From Oopsacas minuta (Eukaryota > Animalia > Porifera), in contig JAKMXF010000310.1 in the NCBI GenBank assembly GCA_024704765.1, positions 558,001 through 622,000 on the forward strand: DNA of 64,000 nt. Reading direction: 5' to 3'. The notes below the pieces were generated by a model. It was given only the letters and a program-made list of their open reading frames with translations. It was not told the origin of the DNA and ran no database searches. Positions 36,311 through 49,000 of this stretch are shown here, piece by piece (position 1 is the first letter of the stretch; every line of letters begins with the position of its first letter). Made by a program: the position numbers and the translations under genes.

Positions 36311-38722
36311 CTAATATATTTCTGCCATCATCAATAATACTAAGGAAGACCACCCGTTGAAGGGGTGTGCTCCAGTCCCTGCCCCAGTGACGTCATCATA
36401 CTGCTCCCAGAAGTAGCCTGTCTCCTGGAACTGATTAAACACGTTAGTAATAAGATTAATTCTAAGTCTAGAGTATAGTTCTCCTGCTCTCTGTGTATGA
36501 GGACCTTCCGTAGTGGAGTAGTGCTGTAGAGCTTGTACGGCTAGGTAGTTGATATTAATCCACACAGCTCCCCTCCAATAGGGAGCATCAGTTGGAGTGT
36601 TAGACTTACGATAGAGTGGGTCTTGTTTGGAGAGAGACCTGAGTCCGAACTCAGTCCACAGCTGATCTGGGTTATCAAGAGAGGATAGAATGTCTCCCAG
36701 CTGTTGAGAATCAGCTGGTAGCTGTCTCAGTAGCAGTGGGAACAAGTTGACATAACCGAAATGACTTACCAGCTGTAGTTTAGGCTTACGTCCTACCTTC
36801 CTTTTAATTGGTACATTCTGAGGTCCTCTAGACTTATCTGCTAGAGTAACATCATTGGTGTGTAGACCGTAATCACTGAATCTTTTAGCTTCTGAGTCCC
36901 AGTGATGTTTAGTGAGATGGGCAAGAGAACCTAGTTTAGAGCTCAGCTCCTGGAATCTAGCTCTATCATCCTCTTCTCCTACAGCTGATGCTAGTTGATA
37001 CATAATCTTGTTAGCTAGAGCCATCCAGCATAGAAGGTCTAGATGTTTCTCTGTGTCAGTGGGGTGTGAGGCACGAGGATAGTCGTCTAGTCCACTAGCT
37101 AGAGTCTTCGGATTGAGCTCTGTGTCTAAGTTAGGATCTCTCCCTCTCCAGTAGTAAGTGTTAGTCACACTCCCCTTCTGAGTACGCTGGTACCAATACA
37201 GCCAGGCACGTAAGCGAGGATAAGCCTTAGTCAGAAAGGCGTGAAATTTCGCGGAATCAATGACACCTCTCTTCTCCAATCTGAGCAAGGATTCCAATAC
37301 AAGAAAGAATGTAGGAGGGTTAGCTATGTCATTATGTTGTACTATAAATTCCGGTGGTATCTGATCCCTAGCAGCACTCCCCAGTACTTGCTCCCTGGGA
37401 ATCCATCCGTCAGCATTAGTTAGGTCTAACCAGTGCCCTAATATCTCTAATGCTAGGTCTGGAGACCAGTGGGCCACAAGGAGGAGATGAAATCCCTCAT
37501 CCCAGAGGAACCCACGAGCAAATTTAGCACGAGCAGGGGTACCAGTAATGAGTCTAGCCTGTCCGTATTGGATGTATCCTCCCTCGTGATGAGGGGCAGA
37601 AACCAGACTTCTCCCGAAGAAGAACCCGATCCCTCCAATCAGACTACTGAGGGCTACCTGTCCAAATTCTATCTCCTCTGGAGAGTATCCCTTCTTGCTG
37701 AGACCGAATATCCTATCAAACTTCCCCTGGAACTGGTTGGATTGATTGTCCAGCTGTTTTGTAAGCTGGCCAGGCCCCCAGGTGAGGTCAGGTGGGGGAG
37801 ATCCTCTTATCTGAAATTGGAACGGTACTGAGTGTATATCAATCTCAAAAGGAGTCTTAGCAGTGAACTGTACAGAAGCTAGACCTAACATATCCAGCCG
37901 GTGCTCTGGTGTAAACTCTACGCCAGGTAGTGTGTATATCTTCTCACCTCTTCGTTTCTTAAGGTTATTTAAGACTGTGCTTTTAACCATGTTAGCAGGC
38001 TGTCTAGTATTAGTCATATAGTGTAGCTGTACTTTATTCTGTGATACAGGAGGTGAGTTGTATATTTGATAATCATTATAGTATATCTGAGTACCTCTAA
38101 CCATGAATTGTTTGGAGTCTTCATCAATATGTAGTTCTCTCTTCCCACTGCCATAATAACCAAATCCTAAAAATATGAACGAGTAGGTCTCAGAGGGATC
38201 GTGGGACTCTCCTCTCACACGAACACTCCAACTGCTCCCGTCATCAGTCGGTCCCTTCAGGAACTGAGTAGTTATATTTAGATTAGAGTCTCGTATCAGC
38301 TGCGTGGCATAGCGTGCTCCTTCATGCTCCGTCCACATGTAAGTAGTCAGTTGGTCGTTATCGTCACAGTTGTAACGCACCCTGGGAGTGGATTGGTCCT
38401 GTTTGAACCACATCAGGTCGAAGAAGAACTCCCTGGTTATCCTAGTACCAATCCCGAAGTATACCCAAGGTCTGTATGTACCCCACATACGCTGGAACAA
38501 TGTATCATTAGTCAGTGTATATCTACTGTGTATACGAGGATAAGGGAGAGGCTTGTTGATGTCAGGCTGGTAGAAGTATACAACTGATACGGCTGCTATT
38601 ACTACAACAGAGTTCAGGAAGTATGACATCAGTTTCTTTCTAAAATTTTTCTTCTTCTTTCTTTCAACTTCAGAAGCAGAAAGTTGGTCCTTTATTTTCT
38701 TGTCCTGCTTCTGATCAGACAT
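36311..38722 (-). CDS. MOGS: Mannosyl-oligosaccharide glucosidase (ER glucosidase I, GH63), intronless, 803 aa
   Basis: Type II N-terminal TM after a basic tail; WGTYRP, RGFLWDEGFH, GWIPREQ, LASGLDDYPRASHP, YWRGAVWININY, FWEQYDD and GAHPFNGWS. Confidence 0.97.
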   Translation of the reverse strand: MSDQKQDKKIKDQLSASEVERKKKKNFRKKLMSYFLNSVVVIAAVSVVYFYQPDINKPLPYPRIHSRYTLTNDTLFQRMWGTYRPWVYFGIGTRITREFFFDLMWFKQDQSTPRVRYNCDDNDQLTTYMWTEHEGARYATQLIRDSNLNITTQFLKGPTDDGSSWSVRVRGESHDPSETYSFIFLGFGYYGSGKRELHIDEDSKQFMVRGTQIYYNDYQIYNSPPVSQNKVQLHYMTNTRQPANMVKSTVLNNLKKRRGEKIYTLPGVEFTPEHRLDMLGLASVQFTAKTPFEIDIHSVPFQFQIRGSPPPDLTWGPGQLTKQLDNQSNQFQGKFDRIFGLSKKGYSPEEIEFGQVALSSLIGGIGFFFGRSLVSAPHHEGGYIQYGQARLITGTPARAKFARGFLWDEGFHLLLVAHWSPDLALEILGHWLDLTNADGWIPREQVLGSAARDQIPPEFIVQHNDIANPPTFFLVLESLLRLEKRGVIDSAKFHAFLTKAYPRLRAWLYWYQRTQKGSVTNTYYWRGRDPNLDTELNPKTLASGLDDYPRASHPTDTEKHLDLLCWMALANKIMYQLASAVGEEDDRARFQELSSKLGSLAHLTKHHWDSEAKRFSDYGLHTNDVTLADKSRGPQNVPIKRKVGRKPKLQLVSHFGYVNLFPLLLRQLPADSQQLGDILSSLDNPDQLWTEFGLRSLSKQDPLYRKSNTPTDAPYWRGAVWININYLAVQALQHYSTTEGPHTQRAGELYSRLRINLITNVFNQFQETGYFWEQYDDVTGAGTGAHPFNGWSSLVLLMMAEIY

Positions 38723-39090
38723 GTTTGTGTGTTTCTTTATATAACTTTAGGATCGAAAAATTGATAGTTTGCTTTGTATTTTTATGAATAAGGTTGACTA
38801 CCTAATTCTGTGTTGTATTCGTTAGTGTTTCTTACATATAAGTAATTATAATATTATTATTAAGTTGAGTTTTGTCACAATTACGACATCGCTTTGGCAG
38901 CGTAATCAAATGGACAAAACCGCGATTTCAACTGTATATAAACAAAGTCCAAACGAGCTCCCAATATATACTCATCTTCCTACCCCTTAAGTATATACGG
39001 GACCGCTATAAACCATAATTACTTCGATATAAGCGAGTTCCATATAACTGATGAGAGATCAAATATCTGTTACTTAGGCACCAAGTATGT

Positions 39091-39547
39091 GTAAATTGTG
39101 ATCTAACATGAAATTGGGCAGATAGGTCTCTTAGGATATTAGAATAGATATTAAAACGGAAGCCACGCTAGATCCTGTTCTTAAGCAATAATTCTGACAC
39201 CATACTGTTCCTCTGTCCGAACTATCAGGGATATATTTCAAAAATGCATAACTTTCTATTTCTGAACAATTAGCATAAATATTTGGCCAATTACCGAGAT
39301 CAACACCATACGGTAAATGAATCAATTTATAGATACGCATTATTAACAAAACAGATGATAACATAGTGTATTTATGTTAAATATGTAAGAAACAAGAAAA
39401 ATTGAGGAATCGCAGTCAGGACAGAGGAAGAGTATGGTGTCAGAATTATGACTTAAGGACGGATCTAGCTTGGCTTCAGTTTTAATATCTATTCAAATAT
39501 CCTAAGGGACATTTGTGAGATTTCATGTTAGTAGTATCACGATTTGC
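39091..39547. mobile_element. Foldback/MITE with ~125-bp imperfect inverted arms
   Basis: ttaggatatt.gaatagatattaaaac.gaagcca.gctagatcc..ttctgacaccatact.ttcctctgtcc is mirrored at about 39419-39547. Confidence 0.6.
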
Positions 39548-39896
39548 ACAGAGTGGTTATTTCTTGGAGCTTATCCGTACTATTAAAGGTTTGGGATCAT
39601 ATTTGTGTAATTTCAGACATCGGTATAAACAGGTATAAGCGGATATTTCGATATATCCGTGTTCGATATGACGGGAATTGACTGTATAAGTACAGATCAC
39701 CTAAGTAATATATAAATAACTCTAGTGGGCAGAAATAAAACTATTGAGAAAGAAGTTGTAAATGATTTCATTATGAGGTCCTAGAGCAGAATTAATATAC
39801 ATAATCTCAAATAACAACATGCCATATTACATACCTGTTGTGTAGTTACTAATCAAGAGATCTAGTTACCAATTAAACCTATCCACTCAATCAGAG

Positions 39897-40799
<903 letters not shown>

Positions 40800-41127
40800 C
40801 TATGCGATATGTATTTTAAGTAGAATCAAATAAAATATCAGATATACGAATGGAAATGAAAGCACTCTAGAGATGCAAAATCTATGAAGGATATAAATAA
40901 CGTCCAGCCGACAGACTGGTATAGTAGTTCGGACCTCTGGATCATGTTTCTTACCAATGAATAAACTAGTTAGTCGTTAAACTCGTATATTCACACGTGA
41001 CAATATATTCTTTGGGAATGGTCTCACGCATAACATAATACTAACAATATACAGAGCGTGAATCTTATTTTCACAACATTAGACTTACAATTCAATTGCT
41101 ATCAATATTTGAGGTACAAAATTAATA

Positions 41128-41863
41128 CCGTATTCATTCGAATAGTAGCCGGGGCGATTATTAATTTAAATCCCCTCTTAGGGAGGTGATTATTCGAGTG
41201 AAGTGATTAGGTAGGTACTAGGTAGGTATTCATTTTATCCGCACTAAATGGAGTAATGCTATTAGTATTCACATTGGCCTACTATTTGAATACGTTCGCT
41301 AGGGTACTGGATAAACGCCATAACCTTGCTTAAACTGTGTAGTGTGTGTCTTGTGTGTCGTGTGTGTCTTGTGTGTCTTGTGTGTAGTGTGTGTCTTGTG
41401 TGTCGTGTGTATCTTGTGTGTCTTGTGTGTCTTGTGTCTTGTGTGCCTTGTGTCTTGTGTGTCTTGTGTCTTGTGTGTAGTGTGTCTTGTGTGTCTTGTG
41501 TGTCTTGTGTGTAGTGTGTGTCTTGTGTGTCTTGTGTGTAGTGTGTGTCTTGTGTGTAGTGTGTGTCTTGTGTCTTGTGTGTAGTGTGTGTCTTGTGTCT
41601 TGTGTGTAGTGTGTGTCTTGTGTCTTGTGTGTAGTGTGTGTCTTGTGTCTTGTGTGTGTCTTGTGTCTTGTGTCTTGTGTGTCTTGTGTGTAGTGTGTGT
41701 CTTGTGTCTTGTGTGTAGTGTGTGTCTTGTGTCTTGTGTGTAGTGTGTGTAATGTATGTATAACTGTCTAGTTTTTATAATTCGACTTATTAACAATTCG
41801 GGGTAGGCGATTATTCGAGGGAGGCAATTATTTGAATAGGAGCTACTATTCGAATAAATACGG
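41128..41863. mobile_element. Tc1/mariner-pogo-type MITE containing a TG-rich tandem array
   Basis: Ends ccgtattcattcgaatagtagc and gctactattcgaataaatacgg, each flanked by TA. Confidence 0.7.
41336..41750. repeat. Compound TG-rich microsatellite (tgtcttg / tgtgtgtag units)
   Basis: About 410 bp of mixed 7-, 9- and 11-nt units, read directly. Confidence 0.92.
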
Positions 41864-43203
41864 TATTCATTAATAGCTTGATAGGGAAATGTCTAAATAT
41901 TTCTTGAAATAAGTGTTACAGCTACACCATCATTTTCAAACATACTGTTCAATAAGAAATCTTAATATAAATGATCTAATGCTATTAAAATACAATATTT
42001 CCAAGGTCCTGCATAAACTTTCGTTTCAGCTTGTAAAGGAATTCAAAGAGATATAAATATAGAGTACAGTAGAACCTCTACAAGTGGAAGATCGGGCCGG
42101 TGAATCTCCTGATAACCCCCCTTCCACACTTATATTTTCAAATGTAAATGTCCTTGAACGAGAAATGTCCTTACGTAACTCTATTTATGACTATAGCTAT
42201 AGGATGTCCAGCTGAATCACATTATAAATGATGCTATAAAGGCTATAATCACACTAATGTAGCGCTGTAAGTAAATTTCATGCTGCTACTTACTTGTAAA
42301 CCAGAGCCATACAAAATGAATGAAGAATATAGCAGGACGGAACTATAGTAGTATAGTTTAGAGTTTCGGACCCCTTATGTTCAATTTAAGGGATCCGCGG
42401 ATCACTGGTTTGGAAGGTTTTAGGCGATTCGATGAGACGTAGGATAATAGTGTTGATTGTCTTATAGTTTAATGTCGATATTAGCCCTGTATGGTAGATG
42501 ATACAGACAACCTATTTACACAGATCATAATGATATCATAAAACTATGGCTTAGAAGAATATTGAATTGATATGCATGGAATTATCATATTACTTGTACG
42601 GAGAGTGAACATAACCTGATCTTCTGTTCGCAAACAATATTTCAATTGAAAATTAGCAAAGAAAGGCAATAACCTTCATTATTCAAAAATACTCTGCTCC
42701 GAATTCTCCAGTTTAGAGAGATTTAAAACACACTATACTACATAGGATAGAAGGGAGAGGGCTTATGATTCCCAAATGGCCGCTCTAATTGTCAAAAGGG
42801 AGCAAATTCCATCACCTTTCCTAAAATTTAGGTCATAATTCGCATATTTCATTATCTGTTAATTAATAGTATCAGACTTAATTTATTTGAGAATTCTTAT
42901 ATTAGAAATTATATTACAAATTAAAGATTTTTGTTATGTGTTTCTATCCAATAAGTGTAGGTAAATTACGCTTAATAATCATTTCTCGAATTGGTTTGTA
43001 ATTTACAATAATTATTATAAAGGGTATTAACATACAATAAGTCTAGTTCATTAAACTAAAATCGGAATAATCCATGTGGAAAGTATTCTATTACAATATA
43101 TCACCCACTATATTAACATGATGTGTATAAATGAACCATAAATCATTTAAATACAACAATTTATCCAAATAACAAGAAGAAACACAACATTTATTCAGGG
43201 AAA

Positions 43204-43535
43204 ATGACAAGCTATATAACGGAAGCAGAAATAGTAAGCTTAGACACAAAAGAACTAAATAAGAAATTGAAATACAAAAATGTCTCCAAACCTGAACGGA
43301 AAGAAATAAAAAACTAAGGAGAAAAATAAAAATGATAAAATATCGCAAAGATAGCCGCATGCGAAAAGCAACAGAACTAGAGACATTATTGGAGCTGCGT
43401 GCAATCCTGCTAGATGAATTAATTGGCCTGGAGCAAGAAGTTGTCTACTTGCATAGCAGCAAAGATCATCTCATCAAACACATCCACTCCAGCGATGAAG
43501 ATGATGAGTATGGAGAATTTGTCGTAGTGGATTAG
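43204..43535 (+). pseudogene. Divergent Maf-like bZIP, left-arm copy, split by a -1 frame change (pseudogene or recoded)
   Basis: MTSYITEAEIVSLDTKELNKKLK..VSKPERKEIK (Maf extended homology region) plus LRRKIKMIKYRKDSRMRK (basic region) plus five leucines at exact heptad spacing. The frames join if the A6 run at 43308-43313 were A7 (110 aa). Confidence 0.7.
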
Positions 43536-43977
43536 TCATGTATGCGCGCGCAGCTTCTTGCGTAGCCTTATATTGTTTGTAGTTTTGTTATTAAATTGAT
43601 TCAATTTTGCAATTATTTATAGTCTTAATGGGTATTCATTAAAGAAACTCGGTTGAATCATTTTCTGTCTGAGTATGTATGTATAATTATATTATAGGTA
43701 AAAATTGTCAATGCTACAGCAGGTGTTGCAATCGTAATATCTAATTAAATTCCAGTAGTTATCTACTAACAGGCAGTACTATTAGTAATAGAAATATTAC
43801 TATCCAATGAGACAGGAATTTCGAGCCAGGTCTGGCACATTATTAATGAAAATGATTCAACCGAGTTTCTTTAATGAATACCCATTAAGACTATAAATAA
43901 TTGCAAAATTGAATCAATTTAATAACAAAACTACAAACAATATAAGGCTACGCAAGAAGCTGCGCGCGCATACATGA

Positions 43978-44309
43978 CTAATCCACTACGACAAATTCTC
44001 CATACTCATCATCTTCATCGCTGGAGTGGATGTGTTTGATGAGATGATCTTTGCTGCTATGCAAGTAGACAACTTCTTGCTCCAGGCCAATTAATTCATC
44101 TAGCAGGATTGCACGCAGCTCCAATAATGTCTCTAGTTCTGTTGCTTTTCGCATGCGGCTATCTTTGCGATATTTTATCATTTTTATTTTTCTCCTTAGT
44201 TTTTTATTTCTTTCCGTTCAGGTTTGGAGACATTTTTGTATTTCAATTTCTTATTTAGTTCTTTTGTGTCTAAGCTTACTATTTCTGCTTCCGTTATATA
44301 GCTTGCCAT
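43978..44309 (-). pseudogene. Divergent Maf-like bZIP, right-arm copy (MASY start), same frame split
   Basis: Mirror image of 43204-43535, with an identical 67-aa downstream ORF at 43978-44181. Confidence 0.7.
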
Positions 44310-46084
44310 TTTCCCTGAATAAATGTTGTGTTTCTTCTTGTTGGATAAATTGTTGTATTTAAATGATTTATGGTTCATTTATACACATCATGTTAATATA
44401 GTGGGTGATATATTGTAATAGAATACTTTCCACATGGATTATTCCGATTTTAGTTTAATGAACTAGACTTATTGTATGTTAATACCCTTTATAATAATTA
44501 TTGTAAATTACAAACCAATTCGAGAAATGATTATTAAGCGTAATTTACCTACACTTATTGGATAGAAACAGACAGCAATTTAATCTAAATTATTGCTTGT
44601 TTGTTTGTTCGTTGTCAAGGAAAGGATTTATGGTATGCAATTTTGAAATTGTAGCATAACTATGTATTTATCGTGTTTATCAAGTAAGTAAATAGAATTC
44701 AATAAAACTTGAGTAAATATATCGAACATGCTGAATCCGATTTTCAGACTTTGGGATTAATCGATAATCATATGTAAATTTATTGTTGTTTTTATAAATA
44801 ATAAGTAAACAATTTAGCAAAATCTCAAAATTTATGTAGATATTTGCTCTCACCGCTTCAAAGGGGGTTGATCTTACAAAACATTTCAATAATATATTTG
44901 CCATATATGTATATCTATTTATAATACTTTTCCGAACGATTGAACACTAATAAGTATTGAAATACCCTATATAACATCTAAAGATCGATTTTCAAAATCC
45001 TGAAAACTCACCTCTCCTATTAAACTCATGTAAAATGGTGTTCATCGTTCGGAACGATCATTGCCCGTTAGACAAACCCTTTTAATTAATTGAATCAATT
45101 GTAAAAATGAATTTGAACTTTCCTGGAAACTTGAGTAGATCTGGAATCTTCTTAATTTGGACTTAGGCTTCAATTAGAACTTCATTCTTTCTTGATTTTC
45201 TCTTAAAAGATATAAACATATTTTTACTACAACAAAGAAAATAGTTGTACTCCAGTCAACATCCGCTATCCCAAAGTCCGTGAACTCGAACAGAATTTGA
45301 TTTCCTCTGAGAGTTCGAGATAACGGATGTTGACTGTACATGTGTACAAGAAGAGAAATTCTATTTATTATCGCGAATTAAAGATTCTACTGGTGTACAG
45401 TTTGCTGAGTTAAAGGGAACTGTATCCTTAGACTGATTTCCCAGAAATCTGTACACAAATGTCTCTCTCCGAATAATATATATGCCATATACGTATACCT
45501 ATATTATAATACTCAAATGGGCCGCAATGCGCCGAGTTCATCGCGAAGCGGCGAGCCAAAGGCTTGTATAGATTAAATCTAAATTGAAGGTGGGACGGCT
45601 CATGATCAGATCGCATAGTACTATAAATTAAGGCGGCCTTGGCTGTCCCAGCTGCACCTCTTTTGGCGGCCCAGCTTAGAGTAATACTTGGCCGTAAATA
45701 TCATTTCCAAGAATCCAAAGCTACAATTAAGAGGTATAGAAACATTTTGGCAACATCCATTAGCAATCCAGTCAGTAATCTATACTAAAATTCTGACCTA
45801 GACTTTCAGGTTAGGACCAACATTTTTATGGAAATTTGGTCCCGGGCCGGGTCAAAATTTTCAGGAACAGCTCAATTACAACGCTTGTTACTACAATCTG
45901 TAATTTACATAAATGGTATTGTAGCGCCTATCATAAGGGAATTCAGCAAAATTTACCGATATTTTCTTTATGTAAATTTGGCTGCTCTAATGCGAATCTG
46001 AAATTTAGTTTGAGGAGATTTCCAGCATATAACTATATGAATCCCTGATTCGAAATATAACAAATTATTCCTCTTTAGTTTGCT

Positions 46085-49000
46085 ATGTGTGAGGTGTTAA
46101 AACGTGGATTCTTATTCATGAAGATGTTGTCTGGGAACACAGAACAACAGGAATTGAACAATGACTGGGAACGTAGATGGTTCCAATTGCATAACACTGG
46201 TGTCCTTAAGTGCTATGACAGTTACAATGCTGATCAAATGGTATTTCGAATAGACTTGAAATCTATACACGTGTCCCGTGATGATGTAATTTATCCAGTT
46301 TCTATACCTGGCAAGCCTTGGATAGTGTCTGTGGGAATGAGAGAGCGAGATGAGGAGATGTTGTTAGAAGCAGATTGTGAGGAATGTATGGAGAGATGGG
46401 CCCAATTAATACTGAAATCTCTCTCAATGGAACCTAATAATGTGGAAACTGTAGGCGATGGTATTTATGAAATTATGTTATCACCTGTAGGAAGTAACGC
46501 GAAAATATTTCCTGAACGTCAACTGAAGAAAAAATATTCTCTGGATTCATTATCTCCAAATTACAAATTTCCTACAGGTTGTTATAAAACTCTTTCTTAG
46601 TATATTCGTGAAATTCATGCGGTGAGATATTTAGGGAGAAGTACCGATCCTGTAACATGTGTCCTATTGGTTCAATTATGAAACACCAAGTCATCATCTT
46701 CAGTAGCCCAAGTACCTTTCGATTTTTTGTACATTAAAACTCTGTTAGTATTAGCCTCACATTTCTTGGGTGAATAATGACTCCCTTATAAATACATTCA
46801 TTTGTTGGTCCCTTATAGGACCCGAGCACCAGGAATGTTCGGCGGCGCAGAGGCCTACCCAAAGTTTATCCAGATAGAGCTGGATCCGGTTAACCGCCGC
46901 CATATCCAGTCAACTGCTATGAAAAATATATAACCGAATATAATTGTCCCTATCAATTAATTCATTATTCTTATAGTTTTGAGATGTACGAAATAACATT
47001 AAACGAACCCTGCTGATTTATCTTTACGCGATGTACATTTTTGGTTCTTAGTCTAAATTTCAATCATTTTGTCAGATACAATCTAATTGTATATATTATA
47101 ATCGGTTAACTGGTAGTTAACCAAAATAACCGCTTTTATTGAACCAAAATTAACCATTCCTCTCATTCGGTTAACCAACCCCTGCCCTCACTCGGACCTA
47201 TCTTGATGCTTGATACATTAGATATTTGTATAATTAACTAACTAACTCGCTGCTCGTATCATACTTAATTGAAAATTATTTTTCAGTTTCGATTTCCAGC
47301 TCTCCACGACTCAAAATAATTTTTAGTGTTAGGTCGAGGACTCGAGGTCACGGTCCTGAATTATGACGCATGTCAGCAATAAAAATCATCGTTATATGAT
47401 TTTGAACGCGGGTTCCGCGCCAAAGGCGTTCCTCCCTATTACATAATCTTGCGTCAGTACTTTGTGTAAGTGTTATAAATATATTATTTGTAGGTATTCA
47501 CCAATACACATATCTACTGTGGCCACATATTTCATGGTCGAATTGACGTAATGTGATATCGTATTTTGTAAAAACAATTCTCCGATATGGAAATTTGAAA
47601 CTCCGCAAACCATTATAAATTCACACCTTTGGGATCTAGTTCGTACGTTCCTGAGTGGTAGTAGTGACCATGGATGCCATTTTTTGCCATATTTTATGGC
47701 CAAATCGTTTTCCAGGCCAAGCTATATCCCCAACTTACCATGACCTGATAATTCATTTGATATGATATCTCTGAGTATGAATAATATTATGATTTATGAC
47801 ACAAAGTTGAAAATGGTCATATATGGTAATATTCCTGACTTGCATAGTATTTTTTTGGAAAAATCATATCTAAATGTATTATCAGGGTATGGTAATTTGG
47901 TACATACTTCATAGCAGGGCTTTCTCAAAATGTCATAGCTATGGCCACATTTTGTATAAATTTTACTATCATGCTAACATCCGGGTTGATTTATAGGTTC
48001 TTGTCTGGTCATGTCAGGCCGCGTGTAGTCACATTTTGTAACATTCGTCCATGTTGGTCAAGTTTTCTTAAATGGCCATACAAATTCAACTTCACCACAA
48101 AATGACGTAGGATATCTCTGTGGCCACAGGGTGGTCAAGTTGTACTTAGTTAATTTCTATATTTTCTCAGGGTACGGTTATTGTGACTCTACTGCTTCTT
48201 CTGCAAGTCTGTTATCAGATGGTGATGAAGAGAAATCTGAGTCTCTTTACAAGTACATTGGTAAGCATTCCTATTTAATCTTATTAGTTTCTGGCATTTC
48301 GGATCAGTAGTGAATCCCGCACCTTGTGGCCACTCCAACTCTGAGGAGGAAGGTATCGGCTCCTCTTTTGAGGTACCTAGGTACCAAACCCAAATGTATA
48401 ACCCTTGTAATGAGAATACAAAAATTATAAATTTGGGACAATAGAGAACCGTAGAGGGAACAAGTTTTTCACTTTTGGATCGAGAAAATAGAGCCCGCTT
48501 CAGAAATTGGAGAAAAAAATTCATGTTTTGGTATTTAGAGATTTGCTGACATTTTATTGTTATTTATTTATAGTGAATGGGACTACGACACCTGATCTGC
48601 CATTATCTGAGTTTGAAAACGGCCTCACTGATAATATTAATCAGAAACAAACTATTAATATATCTCTTTTTCAGTGTACACCTTCACTAATTGATTCACA
48701 AATGCAATATCAAAATTGCCCTTTATCTCAGGATGATGAGTATAATACATCTCAATTTAAAGGTATTTTATCTACAGTAGGTTTCGGATATAACAAAGTA
48801 TACGATTTCACTAATAGTTATTTTACTGTGCCGACTAATACTATTACATAATATAGTGGCTCAGTTCAAAAATGGTTGACAATGTATATATCTATATATC
48901 TACTATCTATATATGTTTTCGCTCTACTGTTCACACCTTTGGAGAGTAAGACACCAAATTTGGCATTTCTACTCTTAGTGACATATAGTTCAGGGATAAT

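Larger units (their letters stand above)
42939..44570. repeat. Large inverted duplication: arms 42939-43665 (727 bp) and 43848-44570 (723 bp), 182-bp spacer
   Basis: The arms are reverse complements. Differences seen are a 4-bp indel (aata) and an A/G change in codon 2 of the embedded ORF. Confidence 0.95.

Noticed and set aside
41299-41796. His/Thr/Arg-rich 165-aa ORF, tempting as a glassin-like silica-precipitating protein
   Set aside because: It has no ATG start or signal peptide. The units are 7, 9 and 11 nt, so the translation drifts through all three frames of the repeat, and it lies inside a TA-flanked MITE. It is best read as a non-coding microsatellite; RNA or peptide evidence would be needed to revive it.
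48507-48851. 114-aa ORF in copy A intron 2
   Set aside because: It looks mildly protein-like but ends in a stop with a degenerate continuation, has no recognisable domain, and has no equivalent in copy B. At most a decayed fragment.
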